A program made the position numbers and the translations under genes. The notes below the pieces were generated by a model. It was not told where the DNA came from, made no database searches, and saw only the letters and a list, made by a program, of their open reading frames with translations. Positions 15,446 to 17,424 of a DNA stretch of 17,424 bases are shown here, one piece after another. Each line of letters begins with the position of its first letter. The first letter of the stretch is position 1. The stretch comes from Chthonomonadales bacterium (GTDB lineage: Bacteria > Armatimonadota > Chthonomonadetes > Chthonomonadales > Chthonomonadaceae): assembly GCA_038217285.1 (NCBI GenBank), contig JBBQPO010000121.1:1-17424 (forward strand), written 5' to 3'.

Positions 15446-17422
15446 TCAGTCCAGATAGAGAAACTCGTTCAAATTCAAGGCGATGACGCAGAAGTACCGC
15501 AGCGCCTCCGGTGGGCTCAAGTGCTGCTCTGATTCCGCCTTCGCCATAAACTTCGTGCCGCGCGCGATCTCTTTGGCGGTCGGTTCCCGTTGCAGCACGC
15601 GCCATAGCGCGAACTTCACTTCGGCAGCCGGATCGGAACCGGCGCTTTTCTGCACCAACTCCGCGAAAAGCCGCGCCTGCGCGTTGGAGAAGGTGCTGTT
15701 GATCATCCCCAGCGCCTGCGTCGGCTGCGTGGTCGCAAAGCGCACCGGACAGGTCGTGTCGGTATCGGCAGCGTCGAAACTGGCCAGAATCGGCAGGGCG
15801 AGCGAGCGCTTGATATGGATGTAGACGCTCCGCCTGGCCTGCTCTTCCGGCGTGGAGGTGAGCCACCCTGCTCCGGGCACGGACTGGCCGGCAAGCACCT
15901 CACGCGGCATCGTCGGATAGATACTAGGCCCGAACATTTTCGGGTTGAGCGATCCATCGACCGCCAGGATCGAGTCCCGTACCTCTTCGGCTTCGAGACG
16001 GCGCATGTCGAACCGCCAGAAAAGGTTGTTTTCCGGATCCTGCGCCAGCGCCTTCGGATTGGCCTGCGACGACATCTTCCAGGTGTTGGACATCAGCAGC
16101 ATCTTGTGCATCTTCTTCAAAGACCAGCCCTGATTCACGAACTCAGAAGCCATCCAGTCGAGAAGCTCCGGATGCGTCGGACGGTCGCCGAGCTTGCCGA
16201 AGTTGCTGCTGGAGCGAACGATGCCACGTCCGAAATTATACTGCCAGATACGGTTGACCATGACGCGCGCGGTCAACTTATTGTCTTTGCCTGCGATCCA
16301 GTTCGCGAGGGCGAGACGCCGGCCACTGGAGCTTCCGTTGGCAGGCGGCACGATGACCGGCTGCGGGGGAGCGAGAACCTGCGGGAAGGCAGGCTGCACT
16401 TCGTCACCGGGCACATGAGGATTGCCGCGCAGCAGTATATGGGTCGGCGGCGCTTCCCGCCCCGTCTCGGTAACCACAAGCGCCTGTTCCAGCGCAGGAG
16501 GCGGCGACTTGACAAGCTCTTCGCGCTGTTTCGTGAGCGCCACATAGTCGTCGAATCTCGCCTGGCTCATCTTCGCCGGAACGCGCTTTTTCATTAGGGC
16601 CGGCCGCCGGACATCGGTCTTGAACTCTTCCTTTTCGACCGGTGTGAAATCGGTCTCGACCGTCTTCACAATCGTGTCGATCTTCGTTTCGATGCCGGTC
16701 AGTTTGAGACGATAAACGCGATCCTCAGCGGCATACTTGATACGATCTGCTTCGGGAGCGATCGGGCGCAGGGAGTTTTGGGGAACAGGCTGGCCGTAGC
16801 GCGTGGTGCCCTGGAAGAATGAGACCAGGCTGTAGTAGTCCTTTTGCGGAATAGGATCCAGCTTGTGATCATGGCAGCGGGCGCAGTTCACGGTCAGGCC
16901 AAGGAAAGTCTGCCCCGTCGTCGCGACGATGTCGTCTATCTCGTCGTAGCGCGCCTGTTCCGGATCGGCAGGCTCATCGTCCCATTGGCCCAGTCGGTAG
17001 TAACCGGTCGCGATCATCGTCTCCGGGGTGGCGTTGGGCAGCTCATCGCCCGCCAACTGCTCACGGATGAACTGGTCGTACGGCTTGTCGGCGTTGAAGG
17101 CGCGAATCACATAGTCGCGGTACCGCCAGACGAAGGGCTTGGCGCCGTCGCGCTCGAAGGAGTTCGTCTCCGCGTACCGTACCAGATCGAGCCAGTGCCG
17201 CCCCCAGCGTTCGCCATAGTGCGGGGAGGCCAGCAGCCGGTCGACCACCTTTTCCCAGGCGTTGGCAGACGTGTCGGCGAGGAACGCCTGCACTTCCACG
17301 GGCGTCGGCGGCAGGCCGGTCAGATCGTAGTAGGCTCGGCGAAGGAGGACCGCGCGGGTGGCGGACGGGGCGGGCTTCAGTCCCTTACTTTCAAGTTTGG
17401 CGAGGATAAAGGCGTCGATGGG
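15446..17422 (-). CDS. DUF1549 (PSCyt2) / DUF1553 (PSD1) planctomycete-type cytochrome c domain protein, 5'-partial
   Basis: The frame stays open to the window edge (PIDAFILAKLESKGLKPAP...LLRRAYYDLTGLPPT), so the 17299 start is not real. Motifs YGERWGRHWLDLVRYA, CARCHDHK (CxxCH), GRRLALANWI, PTHPELLDWMA, RRLEAEEVRDS, RRSVY and NLNEFLYLD. Confidence 0.93.
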   Translation of the reverse strand, partial: PIDAFILAKLESKGLKPAPSATRAVLLRRAYYDLTGLPPTPVEVQAFLADTSANAWEKVVDRLLASPHYGERWGRHWLDLVRYAETNSFERDGAKPFVWRYRDYVIRAFNADKPYDQFIREQLAGDELPNATPETMIATGYYRLGQWDDEPADPEQARYDEIDDIVATTGQTFLGLTVNCARCHDHKLDPIPQKDYYSLVSFFQGTTRYGQPVPQNSLRPIAPEADRIKYAAEDRVYRLKLTGIETKIDTIVKTVETDFTPVEKEEFKTDVRRPALMKKRVPAKMSQARFDDYVALTKQREELVKSPPPALEQALVVTETGREAPPTHILLRGNPHVPGDEVQPAFPQVLAPPQPVIVPPANGSSSGRRLALANWIAGKDNKLTARVMVNRIWQYNFGRGIVRSSSNFGKLGDRPTHPELLDWMASEFVNQGWSLKKMHKMLLMSNTWKMSSQANPKALAQDPENNLFWRFDMRRLEAEEVRDSILAVDGSLNPKMFGPSIYPTMPREVLAGQSVPGAGWLTSTPEEQARRSVYIHIKRSLALPILASFDAADTDTTCPVRFATTQPTQALGMINSTFSNAQARLFAELVQKSAGSDPAAEVKFALWRVLQREPTAKEIARGTKFMAKAESEQHLSPPEALRYFCVIALNLNEFLYLD

Positions 17423-17424
17423 GC

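Noticed and set aside
12746-16597. + strand ORFs 12746-13909, 13906-15486 and 15815-16597
   Set aside because: They mirror the well-supported - strand genes and show no protein-family signal.

Overview
This is a GC-rich bacterial window. The DUF1549/DUF1553-DUF1501 cluster suggests a Planctomycetota/Verrucomicrobiota/Armatimonadota-type genome (inference). The only + strand gene is a membrane-anchored beta-propeller protein (126-1343), which converges on a tricorn-like S41 protease across a perfect 15-bp hairpin. Everything else is on the - strand. In transcription order: (1) a 5'-truncated DUF1549/DUF1553 heme-c protein, a Tat-signal DUF1501 protein and a secreted His-rich beta-propeller; (2) a ~265-bp REP-doublet/MITE-like inverted-repeat element; (3) a five-gene 4-hydroxyproline catabolic operon (lhpC deaminase, lhpA epimerase, D-Hyp dehydrogenase, an unexpected KdaD/XylX-like FAH dehydratase, and KGSA dehydrogenase); (4) an LTxxQ Spy/CpxP-like protein with a candidate ECF promoter and a terminator; (5) an internally deleted IS66 remnant; (6) an HNH-fold zinc protein lacking both catalytic His; (7) the tricorn-like protease. 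All calls come from motif recognition; no database searches were run.
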